DNA from: Octopus bimaculoides
Taxonomy: Eukaryota
Assembly: GCF_001194135.2 (NCBI RefSeq)
Contig: NC_068994.1
Location: 21,502,903 to 21,566,902 of the forward strand
Direction of reading: 5' to 3'
DNA: 64,000 nt
The translations under genes and the position numbers were made by a program. Of the stretch, positions 27,149-40,905 are shown piece after piece. The notes under the pieces are model-generated. The model was given only the letters and a program-made list of their open reading frames with translations. It made no database searches and had not been told where the DNA came from. How positions within the stretch are numbered: position 1 is the first letter of the stretch; each line of letters opens with the position of its first letter.

Positions 27149-28759
27149 CACACACACACACACATAGTAGCAGCTGTAGCACTATCCTCCACTTCTAGTT
27201 TCTTCCTATACACATCATCCGCAACACTGTCCTCCACCCCCCCTTCTCTTTTCATATACATCAGCAGCAGTAGCAGCCCTATCCTCCACTTTCCCCTCTT
27301 CCCTTCATATATAATCATCATGAGCAGCAACATCATTATCCTCCATTCCCCCTCTTCCCTTTGTATACATCAGCAGAAGAGCCATCCTGTGCTAGCTGCA
27401 TAAATTAACCAACATGTCAAAATATTAATACAGTCTCCTTCTCCTCCCACTGTCATCACAGTGTTGCTAACAAGAATATCGATCAAACTTCCATCAGCTG
27501 CTGGTAGCTATGATATGGGCAGATGGGTGACACACACACACACACATACACATGCACCAGCACATGCCAATAGTCAGCCGACCTGCTTGAATGAGTCAGT
27601 GGAAGTGTGTGTATGTGCGTGTTTACATGTGCACGCGTATAGTAAATATACACAAATGCAAAACCTTTCTCTCTCTCACACGAACACACACTCTGAATAA
27701 TAATCTGCTGATGATGATGATAATGATGTTACATTGGTTAAAATCAGTTGTGCAATAGAAGTTTATGAAAATACAATTTATGAAGTGAATTTTAAGGTTG
27801 CAGCTCCTTTTGCCAATGAATATTGTAAATATGGCTGGGAATGTAAGAAGAAACGAAGACAGAGACTGCTGATAAGGTCACAAAACAGCAACGAAGAGAT
27901 AAAAGAGACAGATTAAATTAAATGATTAAACCAAAGAAATATAGAGTACATAATTATTTATGTAAATATGCACGCACACACAGACACACATATGTACGGA
28001 TATATAGCCATGCTACGTACACTTAAATACAAAATATAGGTGAGGAAAGAACTGGAGAGGGTAAACAATAAAAAGATAGAAAAGTCATAGGATTCAACTG
28101 GTGAAAGACAAAAAAAAAAAACCATCCATTCTTGCAAAGGGAAAGGAGCTAGCAGGATTGGATATGAAGCCCAAGTGATATATAGCTAAGTCTATAGAAA
28201 CACGTTAGATTGCTATGAAGAAATAATGGAGGAGGTGATATGGAGGGGTTGTTAAAAAGTAGGGACAGATAATAAAGAACATAAGCATTCATTGATACTG
28301 ATAGATAGAGGCTTTTCAAGGATAAAGCTGATGTGTTTCTATTTATGTCTGTAGGTGTGAAAGGATCTGCCGGTACACTAAAATAGTCTGTTGGATTGAA
28401 ATGAGATACCATGAATTTTCTGACTCTTTTCACACTTTTCTGGACATTGGCATGATGTGTTTGTGGAAGCAGTCCTCTATTTCCATTTCATTTTGCTTAT
28501 GTAGATCTCATTTCAGAGCTTATGTGCAATGAAAATGGTGCAGTTGCAATTGTTAGTAATATGGAACTGAATTTTAAAGTCAGCCTTGACCTATCAGACA
28601 ACTATGAGGATGATTGAAACCATACTCTAAAGATGTTCTGTATCCCTCACACTACCACTGCTGCTTCACAGCCACAGTTCCAATAAAGAACATTGCTTAC
28701 AGTGATTGGAGAAAATTATCTACCATTATAAGCTGGCCAACTTTTACCCAACTCTGCAA

Positions 28760-30605
28760 CATCATCATCATCATCATTGTTTAGCGTCTGTTTTCCATGC
28801 TGGCATGGGTCAAATGGTTTGACTGAGAACTGGCAGGCTAAGAGGCTTCACCAGGATCTAATCTGATTTGGATGCCTTTCCTAACACCAAGCGCTCCAAG
28901 AGTGTAGTGGGTGCTTTTTACATGTCACCAGCACAGGAGCCAGTCACGCAGCATCAGCCATGCTTGAATGATGCTTTTTATGTGCCATCGGCATGGGTGC
29001 CAGTCAGGTGGCACTGGCATCAGTCATGCTCAAATGGTGCACTTTTTATGTGCTAGTCAGGTGGCACTGGCCATTAGCCACGACTATGATTTCACTCTGT
29101 TCAAAGGGTCTTCACAAGCATGGCATGTTGCCCAACAATAGAAGGGTGCATCTAAATGGGCCAGTGATGCAACACTAGTATTGGCCACGACTAAAATCTC
29201 ACTTGTCTCGCCGGACCTTCTCAAGCACGGCATATCTCCAAAGGTCTCAGTCACTTGTCATTACCTCTTTGAGGCCTAATGTTCGATGGTTTTGCTTTAA
29301 CACCTCATCACATGTCTTCATGGGTCTACCTCTTCCACAGGTTCCCTCCACTGTTAGGGTGTGACACTTCTTCACACAGCTGTTCTCATCCTTGCACAAC
29401 ACATGACCATACCAGCACAGTCGTCTCTCTTGCACATGACATCTGATGCTTCTTATGTCTTACTTTGCTCTCAAGGCACTTACACTCTGTCATGTATGCA
29501 CACTAACATTACGCATCCAGCAGAGCATACCAGTTTCATTTCTTTCAAGCCTACACATGTCTTCAGCAGTCACAGCCCATGTTTCACTGCCATGTAGCAT
29601 GGCTGTTTGCACACAGGCATCATACAGTCTACCTTTCACTCTGAGCGAGAGCCCCTTTGTTACCAGCAGAGGTTGGAGCTCTCTGAACTTTGACCAGCCT
29701 ATTCTTATTCTAGCAGCTGTGCTCTCGAAGCATGCACCCCTGCTACTGACTTGGTCACCTAGGTAACGGAAGCTATCAACTACTTCTGGTTTTATCCCCC
29801 TGGCATGTAATGGAATCTGTTTTCTGTACATTTTCGGTGCTTATTGCACTTGTGCATCTTCCGCACACAAAAACTATCTTCCCAGTTAACCTTCTTTTGA
29901 TATTGCTGCATCTCTTATGTGTCCATAGCTTACACTGGGTACATTTTATTGACTTTCTATTTACGCCTTTTCTACAGATCAAGTAGAGCCATCAGCCTGA
30001 AGGGATTTGTGATTCGTCTGCCTTCCTACTTACTAAGATTGGTTTTTCCTAGTTTAACTTTAAGGGCCTTCAATCCTAAACCTTGCTTCCACACCTGAAA
30101 CTTCTTCTCTAGTTGTGGTAGTGACTCAGCTGTCAGAGCAAAGTCATCAGCATAGAGGAGCTCCCAGGGACAGCTTGTCTTGAATTTCTCTGTTATTGCC
30201 TGGAGGAATATGGTGAACAAGAGGGGGCTGAGGACTGTGATTCTTGGTGAACCCCTGCTTCTACCTAGAATTTTTTGCTATACTCATAGCCAACCTTCAC
30301 CTTACTGACAGCATCCCTGTACATAGCTTGTACAGCTCTCACCAAACACACATCTATCCCTAGTTTCTGCATTGACCACCAGATAAGGGGTCAGGGGACC
30401 CTGTCAAAGGATTTCTCCGTGTCAGCAAAACCAAGTACAGAGGTTTTTCTTTGGCTAGGAATTTCTCTTGCAACTATCTTACCAGAAATATAGCATCAGT
30501 GGTGCTTCTACCTGGCACAAACCCAAATTGCATCTCATCTAATCTAACTCCCTCCCAAATTAGTTGGGTTATGACCCTCTCTCTGACTTTCATCACCTGA
30601 TCCAA
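28760..30605 (-). mobile_element. RTE-clade LINE, about 1.85 kb, 5'-truncated, disrupted RT
   Basis: CPWELLYADDFAL, CTQCKLWTHKRC, DSFRYLGDQ and AMLHGSETWAV on the minus strand; (ATC)n tail at 28760. Confidence 0.93.
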
Positions 30606-30939
30606 CAGTTATTAGAAATGCTAAGGATACCCTTCAGTGTCACAGTCAGCAAGCAGTTCTACCTCCTGCTCAGAAGATTCTTTTTGGTCCCTTACTAAAA
30701 TAATTTTTTTATCAACTTCATATAATCCTCTTTTGCACTCAACTCCATTGCAAACTATCCTGCTCCATTCCATCAGGCTTACTCTACACTCATATATGCC
30801 AAGTGCTCTAGCATTTCTGGTTACTAGGCACCAGCCCTGACAAAGTTCCTTTTGTTACTCATAAACAGTGTACCCTAGCACTAACCTTTACTCTTCACCA
30901 AACTCTTCAAACTCTCTCTTTCAGAGATTTGTCCCATCT

Positions 30940-31700
30940 TTAGAAACATGCTTGTGTGTCCCATTCACAAGAAGGGATCTGATATCATCAATTATTGACC
31001 TATTGCTCTCACTTTCAACATCTTGAAGGTCATGGAGATCATCAATAACAACCATTGAATCCCTCTTCCAACTTAATGATCAACAGTATGGCTTTCATAA
31101 AGCCATATTTACTGAAAGCCTAAATCTCGGTTGCCCTCACCCTTGAAAATGTTGCTAACATTATTGTTGTTGCAAAGCATTTGACTGTACATGGTATATG
31201 AATTTCCTCTGTTCCTATGTGCTTCTTCCATTTCTTGTCTCTTGGATTGGAGGCTTCCTGTCAGATTGCATCATCATGACTAATGGAACTCTCTCTGATA
31301 CACTGTTTCTCTCAAATATCAATTACTTACCAGTTATTACTTCCAACACTCATTCCTATGCATATGTTATCACCCTTCATTCCTTGATAACCTTTCATAC
31401 CAAAGTGTCATCCATTTATAACCTAGACACCTCATGCTAAACTTGCACTACATGAACAGAAACCTCAGAAACATTTTCCAGCAACATCATGCCCATTTTC
31501 AGTTCTTCAACATTAAAAAAGCATACTCACAAGACATATAAAGAAAGCGGTCTTGTAAGCTATCTGAATATGATCAGTACTCAACTAGATTCCTCAAGGT
31601 CACTACAACTCCTACATCTCACCATCATTGTAGATTTGTCTTGGCCACAGCACATCCTTAACATAGAGAATGATAAAGATATATCTTCTTCTTCAGGGAC
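30940..31700 (+). mobile_element. Degraded CR1/L2-type LINE RT fragment
   Basis: PIHKKGS...Y.PIALT, LNDQQYGFHK and SWIGGFLSD remnants. Confidence 0.65.
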
Positions 31701-32632
31701 AGAAAATACTGCAATCCCCAGCCACTACTTATCTTTTACAAAGGAAGTTAAAGTGAAGCTTGCAATGGAAAGAGTGGAAATGTGTTATATACAACATAAC
31801 ACACTAATTGCAGAAATATTAGATTACCGTAGCTTGTGTACACAGAAATAGGGTGCATCCTTTTCAATGATATACTTTAATTTCGAGCATGTTATTGGTC
31901 TTAATTCTTAAGTCTTTACTTATGCCCCCTCACAACCAAGCATAACATTTAATATGAGTATTGCAAACGTGGAACATTCTTGATCACATCCGAGTAAAGG
32001 CTATTTATCTAACAACTTTTGCTCACCAATGCTGCAGTTGTTTGTTCACTTTTGAATTATATCTTCCTTTCTTTTCTATCCTCATCAACTTATTCATATT
32101 TCCTCCAAGGATAGTATTTGCTAGAACTCCTATACTACCTTCATTTCTGCTGCACAATTACTACCCTGTAACAATTCAAATATCAACCTATGTCAATCTG
32201 TTGTAAATGCAAGCCATTTGATAATAGAAAGGGAAAAGTCAAGAAGGATGTACAGATTAGTTAGAGTAAAATGCAATAATTACTATTGAGCATTTACTCT
32301 TGCATTAAATTATGAGAGATTTTCAAAATGATAATGCTCGTATTTTCAAGTCTTACATTAGAAAAGATAGTTGTGTACAAATAATAAATTTACAGACTGT
32401 GCATAGAGAAGTCAGCAAAAATTGTGTCTAACTGACATTGAATCAATGATATAAGTTGACTAACTTACACTGACATACAAACATGAACAAATGGGATTTA
32501 TTAATGCTGCTGTTAATTTTGCATGTATATGCTTTTTGTGTTTGTATGGCATAGAAGAGATTTTTAAAAGAATAAATGCAAGGCAGAGCTAAGTCATCCT
32601 TAATGAAACTCAGGAAATGAAAAATAGACTAA

Positions 32633-32824
32633 CCCTTTAGCATTCAGATTTTTCTCTCAAATGTAAAGCTTATTTATATTGTTTTAAATTAATCATGCAT
32701 TTTCTTGTAGCTTTGAGAGTTCAATAATGTGATTGTTGCTTTTTGAAATGACAGATCTGGCTGGTTTGAATATAGAACAGATAAAATATTTGGGCTGGAT
32801 ATGGCCAGTTTAAATGCTAAAGGG
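32633..32824. mobile_element. piggyBac-type MITE about 135 bp upstream of exon 3
   Basis: CCCTTTAGCATT...AATGCTAAAGGG|TTAA perfect 12-bp TIR. Confidence 0.8.
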
Positions 32825-32959
32825 TTAAACCTTCATATATTTATTCATTTTACTGTATCGTGAGTTGACAAGAGATTTGAACCACAGAATTGTCATTTTT
32901 AAATTTTATCAATTCCCTTTTTAGCTACAATTCTAATCTTTGTTTTTCTTTCACTACAG

Positions 32960-33090
32960 GTCGTCTTGTATATATAATGGACATGACAGACAAAGTCATC
33001 TATAAGATGTGTCCATTCTTGGCTGGAGGTATATTTATAGGCTCAGTCTATTGGATGGCTGTTACATATGGGGCTGTTACTGTGATGCAG
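32960..33090 (+). CDS. MARCHF5: MARCH5 exon 3, TM1 (RLVYIMDMTDKVIYKMCPFLAGGIFIGSVYWMAVTYGAVTVMQ)
   Basis: Pyrimidine tract and CAG acceptor, CAG|GTATGT donor; near-identical to the MARCH5 signature YW.AVTYGAVTVMQ; GIFIG GxxxG motif; 131 nt. Confidence 0.97.
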
Positions 33091-33869
33091 GTATGTTTAT
33101 AGCTTGGTTCAATTATTTCAATTTCACATTGTCTTATGCAATGTACTCTTGGTCTTCAGCTTTACTTTTAAAAAGAAATATTTTGTATATACCTGTCTGA
33201 GTGTGTGTGTATATACATGCACACACATGCTCACACACGTTCACACATTCATGGATTCCAAAGACAGAAAATTTGAAGACTATCAATCAGTTTAGAATAA
33301 TCTTGCTGCCCAGTGTTGAAGTGAAATATTCTTTAGTATTGTTGCTTGGTGCCTGACAGCTACATTCTGAAGAACATAAACATTTAATGCTCTGGTTCAG
33401 AAAGTTATTAGGCTATGTGGATCACTAGTTGGAGAGGCTTTGAACAGGCACCATGTTATTTCAAAACGGTTCAGAAACCTCATTCTGGGCTACTAAACAG
33501 CTTCACTCTGAGGGTTTCTGCTGCTTCTAAATTAGAATGTCACAAGCCTGAGAAGGGTATCACCACTGGAGGTGTCACTTGCATCTTCCTTTTGTGCTTA
33601 CTATCAATAAGCTGGGGAAGTTGAGTGTAGTTCAGTACAGGAGACCATCCACCATGTCTAGTGTCCAGCTTCCATTAGGGCTTTTATATCAATGACCTAA
33701 CTAACAATATGTCATGGGGAAAGAGGTAGGGCAAGAGGATCCTGAAGGGCTTTGAGGAACTGATAAAGTGGGCTCACTTGAATTATAAACCATTTAAATC
33801 CAGATCTCTTGAGCTGAAGAAAGGCAGAGTCAGCAAATTCAGCTTCTTATTTGCTAGCATACAGAAACC

Positions 33870-34140
33870 ATCCATCACTGAGAAACCAGTGAAGAGGTTG
33901 GGATAAGTGTTTGATTGCAATCTGAAAGGCTGGTTAGCCACAGTTGATATGTTAGGCCTGGTAAGTAAGAGCTGAGATCAAGACAGGACAGAACTGGAGA
34001 GCAGCTAAGGCTGTTGAGGCTGAGAGTTGTGGTTAAGGTATAGGGTGTTGGTTGCTGTGGTGCCTTGTGGAATGAGTGGCTGCAGTGCCTTGTGGAATGG
34101 TTGGCTTTAAGTAGCAGCATAACGCTTTGCTATAACAAAG
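33870..34140 (-). mobile_element. L2-like RT fragment
   Basis: HST...LSCLDLSS...WLTSLSDCNQ resembles the HSTETAL...LDLSAAFD...WL.SYLS.R.Q block. Confidence 0.45.
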
Positions 34141-34284
34141 CTCATTGAAAGAACAAGAAGGTGCTAGCATTATCTGAAGAGAAATGAGTTAGTGTTAAGA
34201 TGCAGAAAGAAGGATCCTGGTTATGATGAGCAGTAGCACATGGAGTTTCATGATCTGGATTTTTAAGAGTGGAATTTCATCAAA

Positions 34285-36531
34285 CACTGATACCTCACAG
34301 TATGAATTTCATTCATTCCATGACCAAGCTCGTTTTACAATTTACTCGTTCTACAAATCAATTTTCATCATTGAAATTAACTAAAATATAATCAATCTGT
34401 TTCAGTCCCACCAAACCACTCGAAATTAATTTTTTTATGGGTTTTAAAACGGAAAAGGTATAGTTACAAGTAAATTGTCAATTATAAAAAAGAGAATGCA
34501 AAAGAAATATGTAAACTGGATTTATTAACTGAATTACCTTAAAGATGGGATGATTTGTGTGCGAGGAAGACAATAGAGCAGAGAGGAGAAGGATTACTGT
34601 TGGGAAGGAGAATCTCCTTCCATTAAGACTTCAGGAAGAACAATTTCTGACGTTTTCTCTCTCACTTCGCTTAATTTAGGCTTTTTGGACACACTTTCTT
34701 CTCTTTTTACACTTTCAGATTGTTTCATTAGAAATATATCAAGAGAAGTTTGCTTTTTCCTGCCTTTCAAAATGTTGCGTAAATGCATCAGAGCAGTGTC
34801 ATTAAATTAAGCAGTTGCATGACCTGTAGATACCTTTTCAGGATGATGATTATCTACAAATTCAGAAACATACTGCCACTTTGCCAACACTACCTTTATG
34901 TCAATTGTAGAGATAGCATTCTCTGCTACACTGTCCGCTTCTAGGGAACCAATCTCTTCCACCGCATCCAAATGCTGCTGCTCCTGAAGCTGCAGGAGTT
35001 CATCAGCTCCTCTGAGTGTTTCTCAACAAGATTGTTAATGTCTCCATCATCAACTTTAAGGCCCATGGACTTGCCAAGAAACACTATCTCCTCGACTACA
35101 GGTGTCTCAGACTCAAACCCCTCGAAGTCTCTTTAGGATATGCTGTCAGGCCACAGTTTTCTCCATGCAAAATTCAGCGTTCTCATTCCACCCTGACGGG
35201 CCATATTGATGATTTTCAGGTAGTTTACAATGTTGCAGTGCTCCTTCCAAAACTCATGAAGGGTTAGATTTGTATTTTCGGTGACTTCAAATCACTGACG
35301 AAACAGGTGTTTGTTGTACAATTTCTTAAAATCGGAAATAACCTGTTGGTGCATGGGCTACAAGATGGGGGTGGTGTTATGTGAAAGGTACAGAACTTTT
35401 ATAAATTTGAATTCATCCAGGATATCATCTTCAAGGATTGTTGAGGATGAAGAGGGTCTTGAGAGGAAGATCTTTTTCACTGCTGGTCTGAAGACAAGGT
35501 TGATCCACTTGGAGAAGAATTGCCTGGTGACCCAGGCTTTAATATTTGCCCTCCATATGACCTGTAGCTTCTCCATCAGGATTTTGAGTGACTTGAATGC
35601 TTGTAGGTTTTCGGAATGGTAGAAAAAGAGTGGCTTAATCTTCAAGTTTCCACTTGCATTGATACAAAGGGTGAGAGCCTATCTTACATAGTCTTATAGC
35701 CTGGCATTTTCTTTTCCTCTGCAATTATGTAGGTTCTTCTGGGCATTTTTTTTCAAAAAAGGCCAATTTCATCACAGTTGAATACCTGTTGTACGATGTA
35801 CCCCTTAGCTGTGATGAGCTGATGGAATTCATGCATGAAATCTTCAGCTGCCTTTTGTGTCAGAACCTCGCTGCTTCTCCATACCTGATGACGCTATAAA
35901 CACCAGCCGCGACTAGCCTTAAATGCGTCTGCTGATGTCACCACCATCAATGTTCCAGGGTTGTGCTTCAGGAGATCCCCATGCAGCGCTTGTGTCTTCT
36001 TGCAGATGATGGTCTCCGTAATCGTATCCCCTGCATGTTACTTCAGGAGAAGCAATTTTTCCATCCTTTCATGGATAGATGTGCATTGCTCAGAGAGCCT
36101 GGAGACACCCACTGCTGTTGTAATGGTCTTGATCTCGTCTTTTTTCTTCAGGATGGTGCAGATTGTCAACCTGCTTTGGTCGTATTGATGTGCTATGTCC
36201 ACTACAAGCATTCCTCTCTTGTGTGTATCTATGATTTCATTCTTCAATTCTGTCATGATTAGCTTTTTCTTCTCAGCACCGTCCTTTGCACTAACCTTCT
36301 TAGGACCCATGGCTAACACAACTAATTATTATAAAATAATAGCAGCAAATGCACGAAACTAGACAAAAACACAAGGAAAAACACAACAAGATAAACATAT
36401 GAACTGAGCGAGCGGAGACTGCGCTTGTTGGGAGAGCAAGTGTGTGTTCAGTGCTGCCTCACTGTCGCTTGTAAGAAACTCGCAAGACAAAAATTTGCAT
36501 GAGCGTCAGCTTGTACTGTGAGGTTCTACTG
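34285..36531 (-). mobile_element. Near full-length Tigger/pogo DNA transposon (about 2.25 kb), decayed
   Basis: MGPKKVSAKDGAEKKK...TICTILKKKDEIK HTH-type N-terminus on the minus strand; TIR ...TACTGTGAGGTTCTACTG|TA at right, degraded CCTCACAGTA match at left. Confidence 0.88.
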
Positions 36532-36811
36532 TATATAATTCTTGATTCAGGCAGCCTACAACTTTTTACCAACCTCCACTTTCCCACCCTACAGTCATCT
36601 ACATATTTTGTGATAAACCTACAGGTTTATCATACTGCTGCTCTCCTCCTTTCCTGTGCTGGCACTTATCTCCTCGAACCATTCCTATTCTTTCACTTTA
36701 ACCCTCTCTGTACTGATATTTACCATCAACCACACCTCCACTTTAGTCCTATTCATTACATTAATCTCTTCACCCATCTCTAACAATCCATCCTGCTACT
36801 CTCATACTCTA

Positions 36812-37070
36812 ATGAAGGCATGTGGCTTAGTGGTTAGGGTATATGGCTCATGACTGAAAGGTTGTGAATTCAATTCCCAGCGGCATATTGTGTCCTCCTT
36901 CAGCAGACACTTTATTTCACATTGCTCCAATCCACTCAGCTGATAAAAATGAGTAGTACCTGTATTACAAAGGGCCAGCCTTGTCACGTTCTGTAGCATG
37001 CTGAATCTCCTAGAGAACTGTGTTAAGGATACATGTGTCTTTCACAAGCAGGTTGTTTCACTGATTGGCT
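36812..37070 (+). mobile_element. tRNA-derived SINE
   Basis: TGAAGGCATGTGGCTTAGTGGTTAGG...GAATTCAATTCCC head; related eroded copies at about 15100-15245 (-) and 54560-54810 (-). Confidence 0.75.
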
Positions 37071-37714
37071 TCCACTGTCATCATAACTGACTGTGCCAGT
37101 AATTAACTCATCCACCCCACTTTCCAATTCTTTGTCCATATTCTTTCCTACACACACCTTGTATCTTGATAGTACCCTCTGACTCTCATTATCAACATCA
37201 TTGTCTTCTTTCCAGCTTATATAATATGGGGTAGCTATGTATCTCCTTTATAATAAGAGATCTGTGTCTGTCTCTCTATCATACTTTAGCCTCTCAAATA
37301 CCACATCCTTCTCTATACCTCCACTCAGTTGATGGTCTTTGCTTTTCCTTGCAAATTACTTGATGACCTCACTAGTGCCAGTGCCACAAAAAGAAGCACC
37401 CAGTACACACTGTGAAGTAATTGGTGTTAGGAAGATGATCCAGCCATAGAAACTTTGTCAAAACAGACATTGTTGAAGGCAGTCCTCTAACTCGTTGGTT
37501 TCTGTTCCACCCGTGCCATAATGACAATCAAATAGGAATAGAATATAAAAACAAACAAAAGCAAATAGAGAATGACAATAATGATAATAAGATAAAAAAT
37601 AATGAACACAAATGGAAGATACAGTAAACACAAGTTGTAAGGAAAGATGAAAATAGAGTTCTGGTCATAGTAATATTAGTAGTAGTAATAATGGTAATAT
37701 CAACAATAATTATA

Positions 37715-38760
37715 AAGAGCACTCAGAGAGCACAAACCTCCACCAACGTCCTCTCAACAATTGGCCAGAGATGATTTTTAAAATGAGAATATCTAAAATA
37801 TATTCTACTGCTCTTACAAACAAGAATACTAAAAATGAACCAGACCACTCTCAAAATTTAAGTAAAAAAAGCCGCAAAAATAATTCAGAATCCTTGTCCA
37901 GTACCTGATCGAACCCAATGGTAGTCATGGAATGTGAAGGTGGGTGTGCGGGCCATGTTTGTAATGCGGTGTGTGTCTCATCTGCAGTGGGAACAGGGAC
38001 AGTTTTCTCTATGAAGGCTTTTTTTTAGTCTATTCACTGATATAGTGTCTTTATGACCATTAAGGTCTATAGTGAAAAATTTATCCATGCGTGAAAGAAA
38101 ACAGAAAGGACCTGCATACAATATTGTTAACAGAGATTTAACAACATCGTTGCACACAAAAACACGAGTCCAAGAAGTAAAGCTTCCTTCAAGGCAGAGC
38201 CTGAAATGCAATTTTCAAGTAGGTAAGAGGTTTTAAACAGGAGCAATATATTCAAAATTGGTAAAACTAAAAATTGTGAAGAATAAATAAAATTTATTAT
38301 TGTTACTGAATATGTTAGTGTTATTTAATTTCTGAATGGTTTTGCTGCCATTTATTTATGTAGTTTGATTTCTTTATCCATCAGTTTCTACTAAGATAGA
38401 AACATAAGTAAAATCAATAACAGAGAAACAAAAATAAAACTTTGGAAACAGCAACACTGCCATGACTTATGTGGAAACCATGAGTGTGCTTTCAAGGGAG
38501 ATAATCAGAGAAAGATTTGAGAGTCAACTTAAGATTGTAATACTTCATGTAAAGTAAATACAACAAATAATCCAGAACCCTTGTCCGGTACCTGATTGAT
38601 CCCCAAATCTAATTAGTTTGTACAAGTCACGGGGCCAAACATCCCTGACAGTTTCATCCGAATCCATCCAGTGGTTCTTGAGATATCTTGTCCACAGACA
38701 AACGAACAAACAAACACAACTGAAAACAACACCTCCACCTTCGCTAAGGCAGAGGTAATA
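37715..38760. mobile_element. Helentron/DINE-1-like element in two parts (37715-37912, 38563-38760) around an insert
   Basis: Both parts are reverse-complement homologs of 605-946; ends in the ACCTCCACCTT-CGCT-AAGGCAGAGGT hairpin. Confidence 0.6.
37960..38215 (-). mobile_element. Gypsy/Ty3 integrase C-terminal fragment
   Basis: VFVCNDVVKSLLTILYAGPF...FFTIDLNGHKDTISVNRLK matches the GPY/F region of Gypsy integrases. Confidence 0.7.
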
Positions 38761-38761
38761 A

Positions 38762-39170
38762 TCCTTTCTGCTATAGGCACAAGGCCTGAAATTTGTGGGA
38801 AGTGGGTAAGTTGATCACATCAACCTCAGCATATGACTAGTAGTTAATTTATTGTCCCTGAAAGACAGGTGAAATGCTGCTAAGTATTTTGCCCAACGTG
38901 CTAATGATTTTGCCAGCTCGCCGCCTTATTATTATTGATAATATTAATAATAATAATGGTTTCAGATTTTGGCACAAGGCCAGCAAGTTCAGGGATGGGA
39001 CTAGTTGATTACATCAGCCCCAATGCTCAACTCAAACATATTTTTATTGACTCAAGAAGAATGAAAGGTAAAGTTGACTTGGGTGGAATTTGAACTTGGA
39101 ATATAAAGATGGATGAAATGCTGTTAAGCATTTTGCCTGTCATGCTAATGATTCTGCCGGTTTGCTGCCT
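38762..39170 (-). mobile_element. Two tandem Deu/Nin-like SINE copies
   Basis: Homologous to 17967-18181, separated by (AAT)n. Confidence 0.75.
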
Positions 39171-39177
39171 TAATAAT

Positions 39178-40905
39178 CATCATCATCATCATCGTTTAAC
39201 GTCCGCTTTCCATGGGTTGGACAGTTTGACTGAAGACTGGTGAACCAGATGGCTACACCAGGCTCCAATCTGATTTGACATAGTTTCTACAGCTGGATGC
39301 CCTTCCTAACACCAACCACTCCGAGAGTGTAGTGGGTGCTTTTACGTGCCACCGGCATGAAGCCAGGCAGCTGGTGCTCTGGCAACGATCACGCTTGGAC
39401 AGTGCTCTTAGTGAGTTACTGGTACTGGTACTGGTGCCATCACGATTTCGCTTTCGCTTGCCCCAACAGGTCTTCACAAGCCGAGTTTAGTGTTCAATGA
39501 AGACGTTGGCATGGGTACCAGTCTACAAATTTAGTTCGATTTNNNNNNNNNNNNNNNNNNNNNNNNNNNNNNNNNNNNNNNNNNNNNNNNNNNNNNNNNN
39601 NNNNNNNNNNNNNNNNNNNNNNNNNNNNNNNNNNNNNNNNNNNNNNNNNNNNNNNNNNNNNNNNNNNNNNNNNNNNNNNNNNNNNNNNNNNNNNNNNNNN
39701 NNNNNNNNNNNNNNNNNNNNNNNNNNNNNNNNNNNNNNNNNNNNNNNNNNNNNNNNNNNNNNNNNNNNNNNNNNNNNNNNNNNNNNNNNNNNNNNNNNNN
39801 NNNNNNNNNNNNNNNNNNNNNNNNNNNNNNNNNNNNNNNNNNNNNNNNNNNNNNNNNNNNNNNNNNNNNNNNNNNNNNNNNNNNNNNNNNNNNNNNNNNN
39901 NNNNNNNNNNNNNNNNNNNNNNNNNNNNNNNNNNNNNNNNNNNNNNNNNNNNNNNNNNNNNNNNNNNNNNNNNNNNNNNNNNNNNNNNNNNNNNNNNNNN
40001 NNNNNNNNNNNNNNNNNNNNNNNNNNNNNNNNNNNNNNNNNNNNNNNNNNNNNNNNNNNNNNNNNNNNNNNNNNNNNNNNNNNNNNNNNNNNNNNNNNNN
40101 NNNNNNNNNNNNNNNNNNNNNNNNNNNNNNNNNNNNNNNNNNNNNNNNNNNNNNNNNNNNNNNNNNNNNNNNNNNNNNNNNNNNNNNNNNNNNNNNNNNN
40201 NNNNNNNNNNNNNNNNNNNNNNNNNNNNNNNNNNNNNNNNNNNNNNNNNNNNNNNNNNNNNNNNNNNNNNNNNNNNNNNNNNNNNNNNNNNNNNNNNNNN
40301 NNNNNNNNNNNNNNNNNNNNNNNNNNNNNNNNNNNNNNNNNNNNNNNNNNNNNNNNNNNNNNNNNNNNNNNNNNNNNNNNNNNNNNNNNNNNNNNNNNNN
40401 NNNNNNNNNNNNNNNNNNNNNGGCTATTCTTATTCTAGCAGCTACACTTTCAGCGCACCTACCCCCACTACTAACCTGGTCACCCAGATAGCGGAAGCTA
40501 TCAACTACCTCTAGTTTTTCTCCCTGGAATGAGACAGAAGTTGTTTTCTGCACATTTTCAGTGTTTATTGCACCTGAACATCTGCCACATACAAAAACTA
40601 ACTTCCTAGTTAACCTTCCTTTGATATTGCTGCACCTCTTATGTGTCCATAGCTTGCACTGGGTACATCTTATAAAATTTCTACCTACACCATTTCTACA
40701 GATCCAGCAGGGCCATCTACCTGAATGGGTCTGTGTTTTGTCTACCTTCCTACTTATTAGAACTTTGGTTTTAGCTAAGTTGAACCTAAGGCCCTTCGAT
40801 TCTAGTCCCTGCTTCCACACCTGAAACTTCTCCTCTAGTTCTAATAGTGATTTGGCAATTAGTGCAAGGTCATCAGCATAGAGGAGCTCCCAGGGGCATC
40901 CTGAG
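39178..40905 (-). mobile_element. RTE-clade LINE with an uninterrupted RT frame (40422-40903), spanning the N-gap 39543-40421
   Basis: About 160 open codons GCPWELLYADDLALIAKSL...DSFRYLGDQ; (ATC)n tail. Confidence 0.95.

Noticed and set aside
36812-36890. tRNA-like A/B-box sequence (also at about 10790-10860 and 18100-18180)
   Set aside because: It runs into SINE bodies with no complete cloverleaf, so these are SINE heads and not tRNA genes.
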